In this document: positions 22,201 through 30,300 of the stretch, one piece after another
How the letters are laid out: the number at the start of each line of letters is the position of its first letter
Numbering within the stretch: position 1 is the stretch's first letter
DNA from: a candidate division WWE3 bacterium RAAC2_WWE3_1
Lineage (GTDB): Bacteria > Patescibacteriota > WWE3 > UBA101185 > UBA10185
Assembly (NCBI GenBank): GCA_000503835.1
Contig: CP006914.1
Location: 529,680-593,679 of the forward strand
Direction: 5' to 3'
Length of the DNA stretch: 64,000 nucleotides
Translations under genes and position numbers: made by a program
The notes under the pieces: generated by a model
Told to the model about the DNA's origin: nothing
What the model saw: the letters and a program-made list of their open reading frames with translations, nothing else
The model's database searches: none

Positions 22201-25200
22201 TGGGTGAAAACGCCGCCACAAAAATAAATAACGGTTTACTGGCCCAATGGAAGCTGGAAGAAACAACTGCCGATTCATGCGGAACAGGAGTCACAGACGG
22301 TTGTGATAATACAAATAACGGATATGACGGGTATTGGAACGGAAATCCGACTTCCGGACAGGGAAAAATAGGAAACGGTCTCACGATGGATGGTACCGGC
22401 GATGCGCTTAGGGTAACACCGGAGGGTGCCAAATTACCGAACACATCTTTAAGCACCAGGATACCCATAACTTTCGACAACTCTGCTTCAGCCGAGGATC
22501 TGACCAATTTCCCCGTGCTGGTTAAGCTAAATAGCTCAAGGATAAATTACTCTAAAACGCAGGATGCCGGTCAGGATATAAGATTTACCGACAGTGACGG
22601 AACCACTCTACTGAACTATGAAATAGAAAAATGGGATGAGACGGGCACTTCCTTCGTTTGGGTAAAGGTTCCCAATATACCTGCAGGGGCGACAACCGAC
22701 AAAATTTACATGTACTTTAATGATACAAGTTTATCTGACGGTCAAAACGCCAGCGGTGTTTGGAACTCAAACTATGTGGTCTCTCAGCATATGAAAGAAA
22801 CCACAGGAGTAACGACCTACGATTCCACATCTAACGCAAACAACGGCACAAAACTGGCCGCCACCGAACCTAACCCTACCACCTCCGGACAAATCAATGG
22901 TGCCCAGAGTTTTGACGGCAGTAATGACTACATAACATTGTCAAGCAGTGTATCGGGAAGTATCGATCAAATTACGGTCTCGGCATGGGTTTATGCTAAT
23001 ACCCAAGGTGAAGCAAGCGATTACCGTGCAGTTGTTAGCGAAGCATTCACAGGTGACAATAACGTAGAATTTGAACTTTATCTCACGGGTGCAAACCATA
23101 ACTTATCGGCGGGATTCTACTCCGGAAGTTGGACCACGGTTTCCGACACAGTGGCGTTTCCGCTAAACCAATGGGTACATGTTCTTGCTACATACGACGG
23201 TCATTACATCAAGGTGTATAAAGATTCGGTACTTGTAAAAACTTCTACCGATTTAAACAAACCCCTACCCAACGGAGCCAACGGATGGAGGATAGGAAGG
23301 CGCCATGATTCAGGAAATGCGGCAAATATGTGGGATGGCTTAATTGATGAGGTTCGTATCTCAAATACCGTGCGGTCCGGTGATTGGGTCGAGGCAATAT
23401 ACAAATCAGAGAAAGACACCCTCAACACATATGGAGCCGAACAACCCTATATTCCGAACTTCAACGTGTCCGATCAGGTGTCTGTTACCGGTTGGTACTA
23501 CCCAACAACCCTGGACAACACCACAAAATACCTGACATTCGGCAGTGGCACGACAAAGTCAATGTACATCAAAACTGATTCCGTCAATGCAGGAAAACTA
23601 CTCTTCTCTTCCAACGGAACAAACGAGGGTACATCCTCAACAACACTTTCAACAAATAACTGGTACCAGATCACACTTGTCGGAAATTCCACGGAGACCA
23701 AGCTCTACATAAACGGAGAACTGGATTCCACGGTAACTAACACAACCGGTATTTCAAATTTGGAGTCCTTCTATATAGGTAACAACGACAGTCTTTCCAC
23801 AGGCGGCTGGATAGGAAAAGTGGACGAGGTCAAGTTATACAATACCGCACTTTCCGCTTCGGAAATTGCCGCGGGTTATGATACACCAAAAAGCCCGCTT
23901 GCCTACTACACCTTCGATCAAAAAAATGCGACCGGGGTATTTGATATTTCCACAAATAATAATGCAGGTACGTGGGGCGGTTCCACAACAAACCGTTATA
24001 CCCTCGGAAAATTCGGGAGTGCGGGAATATTTGACGGTACCTCGGATTACGTCACCACATCCGACACCCCGTTCGACATCACAGGTGATTTCACCCTTGA
24101 ATCCTGGATAAACCTCGGCACCGCAGGTTCCGCACCCTACAATATAATAAGCAAGCACGGAGCAGCGGGTTCCGGAGGTTATTCGCTGTTCGTAGATGCA
24201 AACGGAGCCGTAAACTGTCTTACCGATAATGGAACAGCCGAAATAACAAGCAAAACCGCTAATTCCTCCGTAACTTCATCGTCCGGATGGATCCACGTTT
24301 CAGCCGTTAGGAATGGAACTTCATGCAAAATTTATATAAACACCGAAGACAGAACCTCTACCGCAGGAACGCATACTTCCTTATCCGCCAACAGCTCGAC
24401 CCTGCGTTTGGGCTCGAATGTTTCCGGCTCCGGTTTCTTTAAAGGTTATATGGACGAGGTCAAGATATACGACTACGCCCTTGCCCCCAAGACCTTGTTA
24501 ATTGACTATAACGCCGGCCACCCTGTACCCGGCTCCCCTGTGGGAAGCGCCAAAGGCTGGTGGAAAATGGATGAGGGCTATGATAACACCGCCCATAACA
24601 CAGGCTCGTCAGGCAGTACGAACAACGGAACAATTACCGGCGCCGCATGGTCGCAGGACGGAAAATTCGACCGCGCCTTGGACTTTGACGGTACTTCAGA
24701 TTACGTTACCGTCGCGACAGGTGAAATTGTCGACCAAAACACCGTTACAATCGAGGCCTGGATCTACCCCACGAGCGTAAACGGAGCCCATGATTTTACG
24801 ATACTTGCCCAAAACGATAACGGCGCGGGATATACAACCCACAACTTCGGAATTTCAGGCTCGTCAGGCAAACTCTTATACGATAACGAACTTCCTGCAA
24901 GTGGCGTCCTTAACAGCAATACATCCATAACGGCGAATCAATGGCAGTATGTGGCCGTTGTAAGAAATGCCGATAGCGTAACTTTCTATTTGAACGGTGT
25001 GGCCGACGGAAGCGGGACGGGCGAGGCGAGATCGAGTTCCGCTGCCATAGACAATACCCTGATAGGAGCACGGTACTACTCGGCTGCCCCCCAACATCAG
25101 TTTGCAGGGAAGATTGACGAGGTAAAAATCTACAATGTCGCCCTAACCGCTTCACAAGTGGCTCAGGCATACAACCGCGGAAAGGCAATGTCCTTTGGCG

Positions 25201-26504
25201 CCCTATCTACAGACACAGCCGGTTTACCGTTAAACTCAGCCAAATCCGCATACTGCGTTCCGGGAGATGCAACAACCTGCAACGCCCCTGTTGCCGAATA
25301 TAATTTCGATGAAAAACAGGGTTCATATATAAACGATGTGTCGGGAAACGCACATCAAGGTACTCTCGCAAACAGCCCCGCGTGGACGAACGGCAATATC
25401 GGAGGAGCCGTGGAATTTAACGGTACTAACAACTACGCCACGATTGCGACAGGCGAACTTGTCGCCCAGGATGCCATCACGGTCGAAGCCTGGATCTATC
25501 CCGGAAAAGTCACCGACGCATCTAATGCCTTCACCATTTTCGTTCAAAACGATAGTGGCGCCGGAAACGCTACTCACCTTTTCGCCATTGATAACACGAA
25601 CGGCAAGCTCCTGTACGACAACACCGGTCCGGCCGGCGGAGCTATAAACGGCAATACTGCCCTCACTCCAAACACCTGGAATCACGTGGTCTTTACCAGA
25701 AGCGGTACTTCCGTAAACTTCTATCTTAATGGTATGAACGACGGCTCCGGTACCGGTGAAAGCAGAGCAAGTTCGGCAGACGTAGATAACACTTTGATAG
25801 GAGCACGGTACTACTCGGCCGCCCCCCAGCATAAATTTATAGGAAAGATCTCACAGCTTACGGTGTTCGACTACGCCAGAACCGCATCTCAAATTGCCTG
25901 GGACCACGGCAAAGGCAGTCCGTCACTTTGGTGGAAACTTGACGACTGCCAGGGTCTTGTGGCGCAGGATTCGGGTGTAAATAATTTCGACGGCACTATA
26001 ACAATCGGCGCATCTCTTTCCAACACCTCGGAAGGTTCCTGCTCTTCAGGTCAAAGCAGTCAGGCCTGGAACAACGGGACATCGGGTATGATTAATTCGA
26101 GCCTTCACTTTGATGGTACTGACGACTATATTACCCGGGGAACAGGTCCCTCGACGTATTCAATGAGTCTTTGGGTAAAACCTTCTTCCACAACACAGTC
26201 AATAGTAGATCTGGACGGGGGCACACATACTCTAACTGTCTCCTCAGGAACAATATCAGCCGGCGGTTTCTCTTCTCCCACTATTTACGTGGACGGATAC
26301 CCGACAACGACACTATCAGATACAAACTGGCATCAAATAACCGTTGTAACAAGTACCCCCTTTAACACGGGCACCATCACCTTAGGTAAAATAAACACGG
26401 CTTACTACACAGGACAAATAGATGAATTTAAACTCTTCTCCTACCCTCTGACCGCCATACAGGTCAGGGACAACTTTGCAAAGGGTGTGGCAACCTTCGA
26501 CTAA
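16230..26504 (+). CDS. Giant (3424 aa) membrane-anchored DUF2341 / LamG (ConA-like lectin) multidomain surface protein
   Basis: Basic N-terminus and TM, then 'WFDDNWHYRKKITI', 'DIRFTDSDGTTLLNYEIEKW..VWVKVP' (DUF2341 x3) and repeated 'WKFDE..FDGVDDYV..WHHV..G.IDEVKIY' LamG units. Confidence 0.85.
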   Translation: MKEGLNIKEKMKRVRRKIVGFGKFSTPYRKHDVTSIFEERERSKDTGSSIKAFSSKKLQLLYIKIIAFFTARKQNWRNFYTQELPFSRILRFLKSRYPTYKKYLVPVSVGMLIVLLPVIWLSIKNPDKVRADWFDDNWHYRKKITITNNGTADADKKILFETDTSALISGSKMQNTCADARFTDVNGQVLRYYIDAATGACNTVSTDFYVLLPTINAGSTVIYFYYANTYVEAVAETSQFSQATFSPAGSSTGNESVGPGPAAYWKFDEAYDQKENTKIEQELEIMTVGEYSTSSYTASIPIDITYSAAQNLTDYQIPVTFSYQSGMNTDFSDIRFYNSAGTKLNYWIESKTDSTTASVWVKVPLISGSTTTTIYLRYGNSGFTSESSLANTFTSNSVQLLTSRCPSSSTACYFSDSHTEFDTVASSVQNLTSGFAVDGSGSVTAVNNSSNPYGSSDNYFSRYRFLFVADTSGTHGFLVNSDDASELNLRDAMDTDTTHTVPAYWYGGHGNAGTCATSGTTGTRSINSGESVWLDYRQTEVGSGQLAQLCISEPAGSYAVVNTTNFPGQLYARSVITTGSEPSVSVGAPQQGGYTFMPTNNSLGIVGYNPSLYSSVSSVNLEIVASTDNGTTWTKYRTTESGNNLSSSTYTVRVKAGVGSNTPQAALYDTTSGTSFLPLNFGTTSDTEVSIKNARLIIRQESGVGITQTETKTEMGSYEAGTAATYTQQTDKKIYNYDSTKYNPAPTNFFETTAKVTNDSVGVEQQIPITNTPPLTTRTTSYTPTDSSLGVGYWDADKYPGGTVYLEVDHYNYDYSDPYIAIYTVSGTYVTEFQVSPASQGYIRYRSPALTLTDDTAYTVRWKASNAAHPQTLYAARFIVVQTDTTKITGTETQVEIGANTTSTATSYTNLTDKKIWRYDSSKYSPAPTTYFEAVLSNDTAGQTSYVALYTDGAACSSQVTGSEISVTGTTWSWVRSNSISLSSGTDYTVCIKTSANTAKMTNAKIIMDQSDATNGVRDVELYQSQVNAIMTDADTTYTSSYKFTGFNPGIHASQITFEGGTFNYFYESTMKTSAGTGYARLYNSTAGTAITSGEITTSSTSYTRIRSGNITASMPSATGSFLIAQDLDTQAKNSATNTTSLANSWIIVQVSNLSNTSNTVYADLYNLTDGTSVTGSEVSTAAVQTITYLRSSPITLTTGKEYVVRTKTSSADSVPYYTYNAKIIMDQSDATNGVRDVELYQSQVNAIMTDADTTYTSSYKFTGFNPGIHASQITFEGGTFNYFYESTMKTSAGTGYARLYNSTAGTAITSGEITTSSTSYTRIRSGNITASMPSATGSFLIAQDLDTQAKNSATNTTSLANSWIIVQVSNLSNTSNTVYADLYNLTDGTSVTGSEVSTAAVQTITYLRSSPITLTTGKEYVVRTKTSSADSVPYYTYNAKIIMDQSDATNGVRDVEIVHAANAYKYTDSDSTYTQIYNFNLTPNYNMKGGNFVYFFESNLKTTGGTAYARLYNSSAGATITNSEITTNSTSLVRVRSAELSSYLPTAADSLDVQLRNSATNTTTTTGSSLIIQVTNLGDPNTYIALYSNATSCSSQVPGSEISTKPSDGTKRVVSQSISLSDGEYMVCTKASSGVTITLYNAKINHQQSNAQGITNLRTFRSLNTDLETQATATYTSKNGLNFYDPAQFTGTVTGSFDATVLATATTAYAQLYNVTTSGALTETEVSTTSTSYVRLQKSITTLPASESTLDVQIKNSSTNTTKTTASWLVLDIENILPAIVHDSTSNKLNGQLEGTTWESEQNCISGSCLEFDGVDDYVKVTDNPRLDFGASDSFTISMWFTLPYSTTNSRGLISKYESTGADGGYQIRVDANGKVVVEISDDNTTFPKDSVTSSVSYRDSKWHHVAAVKDGATSLKLYMDGVLEGTDSSIATAGALSNNDLLYMGDANDGTTGNWLGHIDEAKIYRYARTAQEIENELYGTNPGGSTSLGENAATKINNGLLAQWKLEETTADSCGTGVTDGCDNTNNGYDGYWNGNPTSGQGKIGNGLTMDGTGDALRVTPEGAKLPNTSLSTRIPITFDNSASAEDLTNFPVLVKLNSSRINYSKTQDAGQDIRFTDSDGTTLLNYEIEKWDETGTSFVWVKVPNIPAGATTDKIYMYFNDTSLSDGQNASGVWNSNYVVSQHMKETTGVTTYDSTSNANNGTKLAATEPNPTTSGQINGAQSFDGSNDYITLSSSVSGSIDQITVSAWVYANTQGEASDYRAVVSEAFTGDNNVEFELYLTGANHNLSAGFYSGSWTTVSDTVAFPLNQWVHVLATYDGHYIKVYKDSVLVKTSTDLNKPLPNGANGWRIGRRHDSGNAANMWDGLIDEVRISNTVRSGDWVEAIYKSEKDTLNTYGAEQPYIPNFNVSDQVSVTGWYYPTTLDNTTKYLTFGSGTTKSMYIKTDSVNAGKLLFSSNGTNEGTSSTTLSTNNWYQITLVGNSTETKLYINGELDSTVTNTTGISNLESFYIGNNDSLSTGGWIGKVDEVKLYNTALSASEIAAGYDTPKSPLAYYTFDQKNATGVFDISTNNNAGTWGGSTTNRYTLGKFGSAGIFDGTSDYVTTSDTPFDITGDFTLESWINLGTAGSAPYNIISKHGAAGSGGYSLFVDANGAVNCLTDNGTAEITSKTANSSVTSSSGWIHVSAVRNGTSCKIYINTEDRTSTAGTHTSLSANSSTLRLGSNVSGSGFFKGYMDEVKIYDYALAPKTLLIDYNAGHPVPGSPVGSAKGWWKMDEGYDNTAHNTGSSGSTNNGTITGAAWSQDGKFDRALDFDGTSDYVTVATGEIVDQNTVTIEAWIYPTSVNGAHDFTILAQNDNGAGYTTHNFGISGSSGKLLYDNELPASGVLNSNTSITANQWQYVAVVRNADSVTFYLNGVADGSGTGEARSSSAAIDNTLIGARYYSAAPQHQFAGKIDEVKIYNVALTASQVAQAYNRGKAMSFGALSTDTAGLPLNSAKSAYCVPGDATTCNAPVAEYNFDEKQGSYINDVSGNAHQGTLANSPAWTNGNIGGAVEFNGTNNYATIATGELVAQDAITVEAWIYPGKVTDASNAFTIFVQNDSGAGNATHLFAIDNTNGKLLYDNTGPAGGAINGNTALTPNTWNHVVFTRSGTSVNFYLNGMNDGSGTGESRASSADVDNTLIGARYYSAAPQHKFIGKISQLTVFDYARTASQIAWDHGKGSPSLWWKLDDCQGLVAQDSGVNNFDGTITIGASLSNTSEGSCSSGQSSQAWNNGTSGMINSSLHFDGTDDYITRGTGPSTYSMSLWVKPSSTTQSIVDLDGGTHTLTVSSGTISAGGFSSPTIYVDGYPTTTLSDTNWHQITVVTSTPFNTGTITLGKINTAYYTGQIDEFKLFSYPLTAIQVRDNFAKGVATFD
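19235..20600 (+). repeat. 654-bp in-frame tandem duplication (2 units plus 58 bp)
   Basis: Unit starts at 19235, 19889 and 20543. Only one difference was seen (T19463 vs C20117, synonymous). Confidence 0.95.
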
Positions 26505-26512
26505 CGCTCCCA

Positions 26513-26541
26513 TTGACATGCCCCGATTTTCTATCTAAACT
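26513..26541 (+). promoter_or_regulatory. Sigma70 promoter of rplJL (TTGACA-17-TAAACT)
   Basis: Consensus -35 with a 17-nt spacer. Confidence 0.7.
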
Positions 26542-26554
26542 ACCCCTGTATAGT

Positions 26555-26696
26555 GGCCAAAGACAGCAAGGGCTTCCGCGCCGGGGTAACTTAGCGCAAA
26601 AGCTTAATGCAGAGCTTAAAAATCTTGCCGAGGTAAACCTTAATTCGTATATTTTGTGGTTTATAACTCACCGTCTCTTGGTGGGTTTCTTTTTTC
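26555..26696 (+). promoter_or_regulatory. L10 leader (ribosomal protein autoregulatory RNA)
   Basis: 'AAGACAGCAAGG...CTTAAAAATCTTGCCGAGGT' motif upstream of rplJ, followed by a U-rich hairpin. Confidence 0.75.
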
Positions 26697-26766
26697 GGCG
26701 AAAACGGCATATACAAAAACCGTCCTTACCGATAAGAAACACTTTAGGAGGTGTATACCTAACAAA

Positions 26767-27294
26767 ATGGGAAAAATTAAAAATCTGGAAACAGTAAAAA
26801 GCTTAAAGGAAAAGGTCGCCAGGGCTAAGTCTATCGTTTTTGCCGATTACCGCGGACTTTCTGCAGGTAACGCCAATGACCTTAGAGCTAAATTGAAAGG
26901 CGAAAATTCCGAGATGCTTGTTATCAAAAATACCCTTCTTAAGGTCGCTCTGGAAGAAGAAAAAATCAAGACGGACGACATTAAAAAGGACCTGGAAGGT
27001 CCCACGATGGCTGTATTTTCGTTCGAGGATCCCATTGCGTCCATAAAGACGATTTTTGAATTCGCAAAGAAACTGGAGCTTCCTAAGATTAAGTCAGCCT
27101 TAATCGAGGGAGTCTACGCCGACTCGGCAAGAGTGGAAGTAATAAAAAATATTCCTTCGAAAGAGGTTCTTCTCAGCCAGGTAGTCGGAAATTTGAAGTC
27201 ACCTTTGAGCGGATTTGTTGGCGTTTTAGGCGGCGTACACAGAAAATTTGTATACGCAATGGATGCTATTGCTAAGAAAAAGGCAACTAACTAA
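26767..27294 (+). CDS. rplJ: 50S ribosomal protein L10
   Basis: '[41 protein letters not shown]'; SD AGGAGGT upstream. Confidence 0.97.
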   Translation: MGKIKNLETVKSLKEKVARAKSIVFADYRGLSAGNANDLRAKLKGENSEMLVIKNTLLKVALEEEKIKTDDIKKDLEGPTMAVFSFEDPIASIKTIFEFAKKLELPKIKSALIEGVYADSARVEVIKNIPSKEVLLSQVVGNLKSPLSGFVGVLGGVHRKFVYAMDAIAKKKATN

Positions 27295-27331
27295 TTATTT
27301 ATTAACCCTTGAAAGGGGGTGCGGTATTAAT

Positions 27332-27751
27332 ATGGCAGACGAAAAAGACATAAAGTTAAGCGGAGACGCGCAGAAAGTGATGGACATAGTCGAAAAAATG
27401 ACCGTCCTCGAACTTAACGATCTCGTAAAAGCTCTTGAAGAAAAATTCGGAGTTACAGCGGCAGCTCCTATGATGATGGGAGCGATGATGCCCGCAGCCG
27501 GTAACGGTGGCGAGCCCGCCGAACCTGTAGAAGAGAAAACAGAGTTCGACGTAGTTTTAACAGAAGCCGGAGCGAACAAGATCTCAGTTATCAAATCGGT
27601 TAGAGAGATCAACCCCGCGCTCGGTCTTGTAGAAGCTAAGAGTCTCGTAGAATCTGCTCCTAAAGCAGTTCTCGAAGGAGCAAAGAAAGAAGCAGCCGAG
27701 GCTGCAAAGAAAAAGCTTGAAGAAGCTGGAGCTAAAGTTGAGTTAAAGTAG
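27332..27751 (+). CDS. rplL: 50S ribosomal protein L7/L12
   Basis: '[45 protein letters not shown]'. Confidence 0.98.
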   Translation: MADEKDIKLSGDAQKVMDIVEKMTVLELNDLVKALEEKFGVTAAAPMMMGAMMPAAGNGGEPAEPVEEKTEFDVVLTEAGANKISVIKSVREINPALGLVEAKSLVESAPKAVLEGAKKEAAEAAKKKLEEAGAKVELK

Positions 27752-27754
27752 TAT

Positions 27755-27820
27755 TCATTTGAGTACAAAAGTATAATCATTTGAGTACAAAAGTATAATC
27801 ATTTGAGTACAAAAGTAGTA
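27755..27820 (+). repeat. 22-bp tandem repeat x3 (TCATTTGAGTACAAAAGTATAA)
   Basis: Units at 27755, 27777 and 27799, with no spacers. Confidence 0.9.
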
Positions 27821-27840
27821 TTCGATTTTATATTCGCGCG

Positions 27841-27874
27841 AAAAAGAAACGCCTCTACGGGGGCGTTTTTTGTT
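27841..27874. terminator. Bidirectional intrinsic terminator
   Basis: AAAAAGAAACGCCTC-TACG-GGGGCGTTTTTTG between convergent genes. Confidence 0.8.
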
Positions 27875-27896
27875 GTCTAAAATTAGGGGGTGTTCT

Positions 27897-28841
27897 TTAA
27901 ACCAGACTCAAAGTCTCACTTTCGTAACATTTTTTGACGTGAACTGACAACGTTTTTGCGGCATCCGCGGGGGTTGCTTTGTCGCTAACCCAAATTCCCG
28001 CACCCAATTCCAAACCTCCCATCACTTTTATGTGGGCTATGAAACCGACGTGCCAGTGATACGGTTCATATCTTTGATTGTGGATCCAAAAGTTTCTGTC
28101 CGGTCTGCCGAAGAGTACGTCGTACGCGTACAGCGCCGATTTCATAATACGCGCGAAGTCGTTAATTTCGACCTCGTCCATATATTCAAAATTAGGTCTG
28201 TGATTCTTGGGTATCAGTATCATTTCATAGCTCCACCTGCTTGCTTCAGGCACAAGCAGTGCGAAATGTTTTGACTCGTACACAAGATTGGTCTCCATCA
28301 ACCCGTCCTTTACTGCGTCACACCAATAGCAACTGTTCTTTTCGTTCACATACCTTAATGCCTTATTCTTCTCCATCTCGATTATTCCCGGGAAACCGGG
28401 AAGAGCAATAATTTGTGAATGGGGGTGTAATATCGAGGCACCCGCTTTACCCCCGCGATTGTTAAAAACCATGACTTCCTTACCCTGGGACGTATAATAA
28501 TTCGTACGGTTTAAAAACGCCCTGACGATTTTAACGTTCTGTTCGTGGCTAAAATCAGGAATGTCTTTATCGTGATCGGGGCTGTGAACCACAATTTCGT
28601 GAGCGTCTGCCAGAGGAAATTTATTAGGAAAAACCCTGACATTCCACTCGTCAGAGTCCTGATAAACGGCTTCGGGAGTTAAACTTTCGTTTCCTCTGCA
28701 GAAAAAACATACCTGGGGTTTGCTGTCTTTAAAAGGTTCGGATTTGTTGCCCGCCGCACCGGTCTGGTCTACCCTTTTTGCCCTGTTTGTCGCAAGTATG
28801 GTCGGGGTGCCTGTAAGTTCGTCAAAAATAAATTTGGGCAT
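27897..28841 (-). CDS. galT: GalT-family (HIT-like) hexose-1-phosphate nucleotidyltransferase
   Basis: 'RAKR', 'CFFCRGNE', 'VRVFPNKFP', 'GASILHPHSQI', 'YHWH'. Confidence 0.85.
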   Translation of the reverse strand: MPKFIFDELTGTPTILATNRAKRVDQTGAAGNKSEPFKDSKPQVCFFCRGNESLTPEAVYQDSDEWNVRVFPNKFPLADAHEIVVHSPDHDKDIPDFSHEQNVKIVRAFLNRTNYYTSQGKEVMVFNNRGGKAGASILHPHSQIIALPGFPGIIEMEKNKALRYVNEKNSCYWCDAVKDGLMETNLVYESKHFALLVPEASRWSYEMILIPKNHRPNFEYMDEVEINDFARIMKSALYAYDVLFGRPDRNFWIHNQRYEPYHWHVGFIAHIKVMGGLELGAGIWVSDKATPADAAKTLSVHVKKCYESETLSLV

Positions 28842-28848
28842 GGACAGT

Positions 28849-30249
28849 TTAACTTAAAATTCTTTCGTACAACTTCTTATATTCTACCGCACTTTGTTCC
28901 CAGCCGAAATCCTTTTTCATGGAGGCTGGAATCATTTTCTGCATTTTTTCCGTTCTATAAACAGACAAGGCTTCTTTCATAGAAGTTAATAACGCCTGAG
29001 AGGAGTATCTGTTGAAAACAAAACCGGTTTCTCCGTTTTTTACCGTGTCCTTCAATCCGCCTACGTCATGAACAATCGGCAATGTACCGTACCACATAGC
29101 TATCATTTGTATAAGGCCACACGGTTCGTATTTTGATGGTACTACAAGGAAATCACTGCCTGCGTACATTAAGTTTGCAAGTTCGATATCGAACGTAATG
29201 TTGCATGAAAATTTGTCGCTGATTGTTTTATCTTGTGAAAGTTCCGTGAGTTTCTTCTCCCAATTTTTATCTCCGGTTCCCAGCAGAATAAATACCGCAT
29301 CTTGCTTAAGAAGCTCCCGAAGACCTTCAAAAAGAATGTCCAAACCCTTTTGGAACGCGTCAATCCTTCCGATAAATGAAAATACGGGCGTGTCTTTGTA
29401 TTCCGGTGCAATCTTTAGTCTCTCAAGCAGGACTTTTTTAGCTCTCTTTTTTCCTTCCTCTGCAGAATTTATATCGTAACCGCGCGGCTGCGCCGAATAA
29501 TCTATTCCGTTTAGAATTCCGCTCAACCGCCCCTCCCTTGATCTCAGGATATCGTCAAAACCGCTGCCGAACTCCCTGGTTAATATCTCTTTTGCGTACG
29601 ACGGGGACACAGTATTTATATAATCGCTTGAGGTAACGCCCTGCTGCATCATGTTAAGGTCGCCATCGGCAAGATCCCAATCTATTAGCGGGTGTTCACC
29701 CGGAACGATACCTGTGTCCCTTAACAATGCCGGCCCGCCTATACCCTGATAGTTTAGGTTGTGTATCGTAAATAAAGTGCGCGGGCGTTCATTACCTAAT
29801 TCGTCTTTAAGCATTGTCGTGACTAACCCGGTGTGCCAGTCGTTGCAGTGAACTATACCGTACGTATTGAGAGAAGATTTGACATACTCTACGACTGCTT
29901 TGTCAAAAAAGGCGAACATTTGGGTTTCCGTAATGTTATTGGCAAAAAAACTTGAGCCGCCGGCAACAAAATACTCTTCATTCTTCAGAAGATAAAGGTC
30001 GACGTTCGAATTCGGAAGTTTAGTTTTAAAAACCTCTACAACGTTATTTTTATTTGCAAAGGGAACATGAAGATCAAAACTCTTGTACAACTGTAAACCT
30101 TCAGTTTTTGCTGAAGGAAAAAATGGGGCTATAACATCTACGTTTACGGATATTTTTTCTAAAGCTTTTGGAAGGGCGCCGATGACATCTCCCAACCCGC
30201 CTATTTTAATAATCGGCGCTACTTCCGAGGCAGCAAGAAGTACTTTCAT
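28849..30249 (-). CDS. glgA: Glycogen/starch synthase (GT5)
   Basis: 'KIGGLGDV', 'HCNDWHT', 'TIHNLNYQG', 'PSKYEPCGL', 'GGLKDTV'. Confidence 0.95.
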   Translation of the reverse strand: MKVLLAASEVAPIIKIGGLGDVIGALPKALEKISVNVDVIAPFFPSAKTEGLQLYKSFDLHVPFANKNNVVEVFKTKLPNSNVDLYLLKNEEYFVAGGSSFFANNITETQMFAFFDKAVVEYVKSSLNTYGIVHCNDWHTGLVTTMLKDELGNERPRTLFTIHNLNYQGIGGPALLRDTGIVPGEHPLIDWDLADGDLNMMQQGVTSSDYINTVSPSYAKEILTREFGSGFDDILRSREGRLSGILNGIDYSAQPRGYDINSAEEGKKRAKKVLLERLKIAPEYKDTPVFSFIGRIDAFQKGLDILFEGLRELLKQDAVFILLGTGDKNWEKKLTELSQDKTISDKFSCNITFDIELANLMYAGSDFLVVPSKYEPCGLIQMIAMWYGTLPIVHDVGGLKDTVKNGETGFVFNRYSSQALLTSMKEALSVYRTEKMQKMIPASMKKDFGWEQSAVEYKKLYERILS

Positions 30250-30300
30250 AAAGGTAATGTTAACAGAAATTAAGGGTTGAACAACCCCCGCCGGTAAGTG

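Noticed and set aside
24690-25840. DGR template/variable repeat pair in duplicated LamG domains
   Set aside because: Differences are not adenine-specific, both copies are coding, and no reverse transcriptase is in the window.
3004-26365. Numerous antisense/alternate-frame ORFs inside the giant genes
   Set aside because: Shadow ORFs expected from Thr/Gly/Ser-rich repetitive coding; they recur with the repeats.
2720-26504. Prophage tail region
   Set aside because: No capsid, terminase, portal or integrase; both proteins have N-terminal membrane anchors and housekeeping neighbours.
27755-27820. CRISPR array
   Set aside because: Repeats are contiguous with no spacers, and no cas genes are present.
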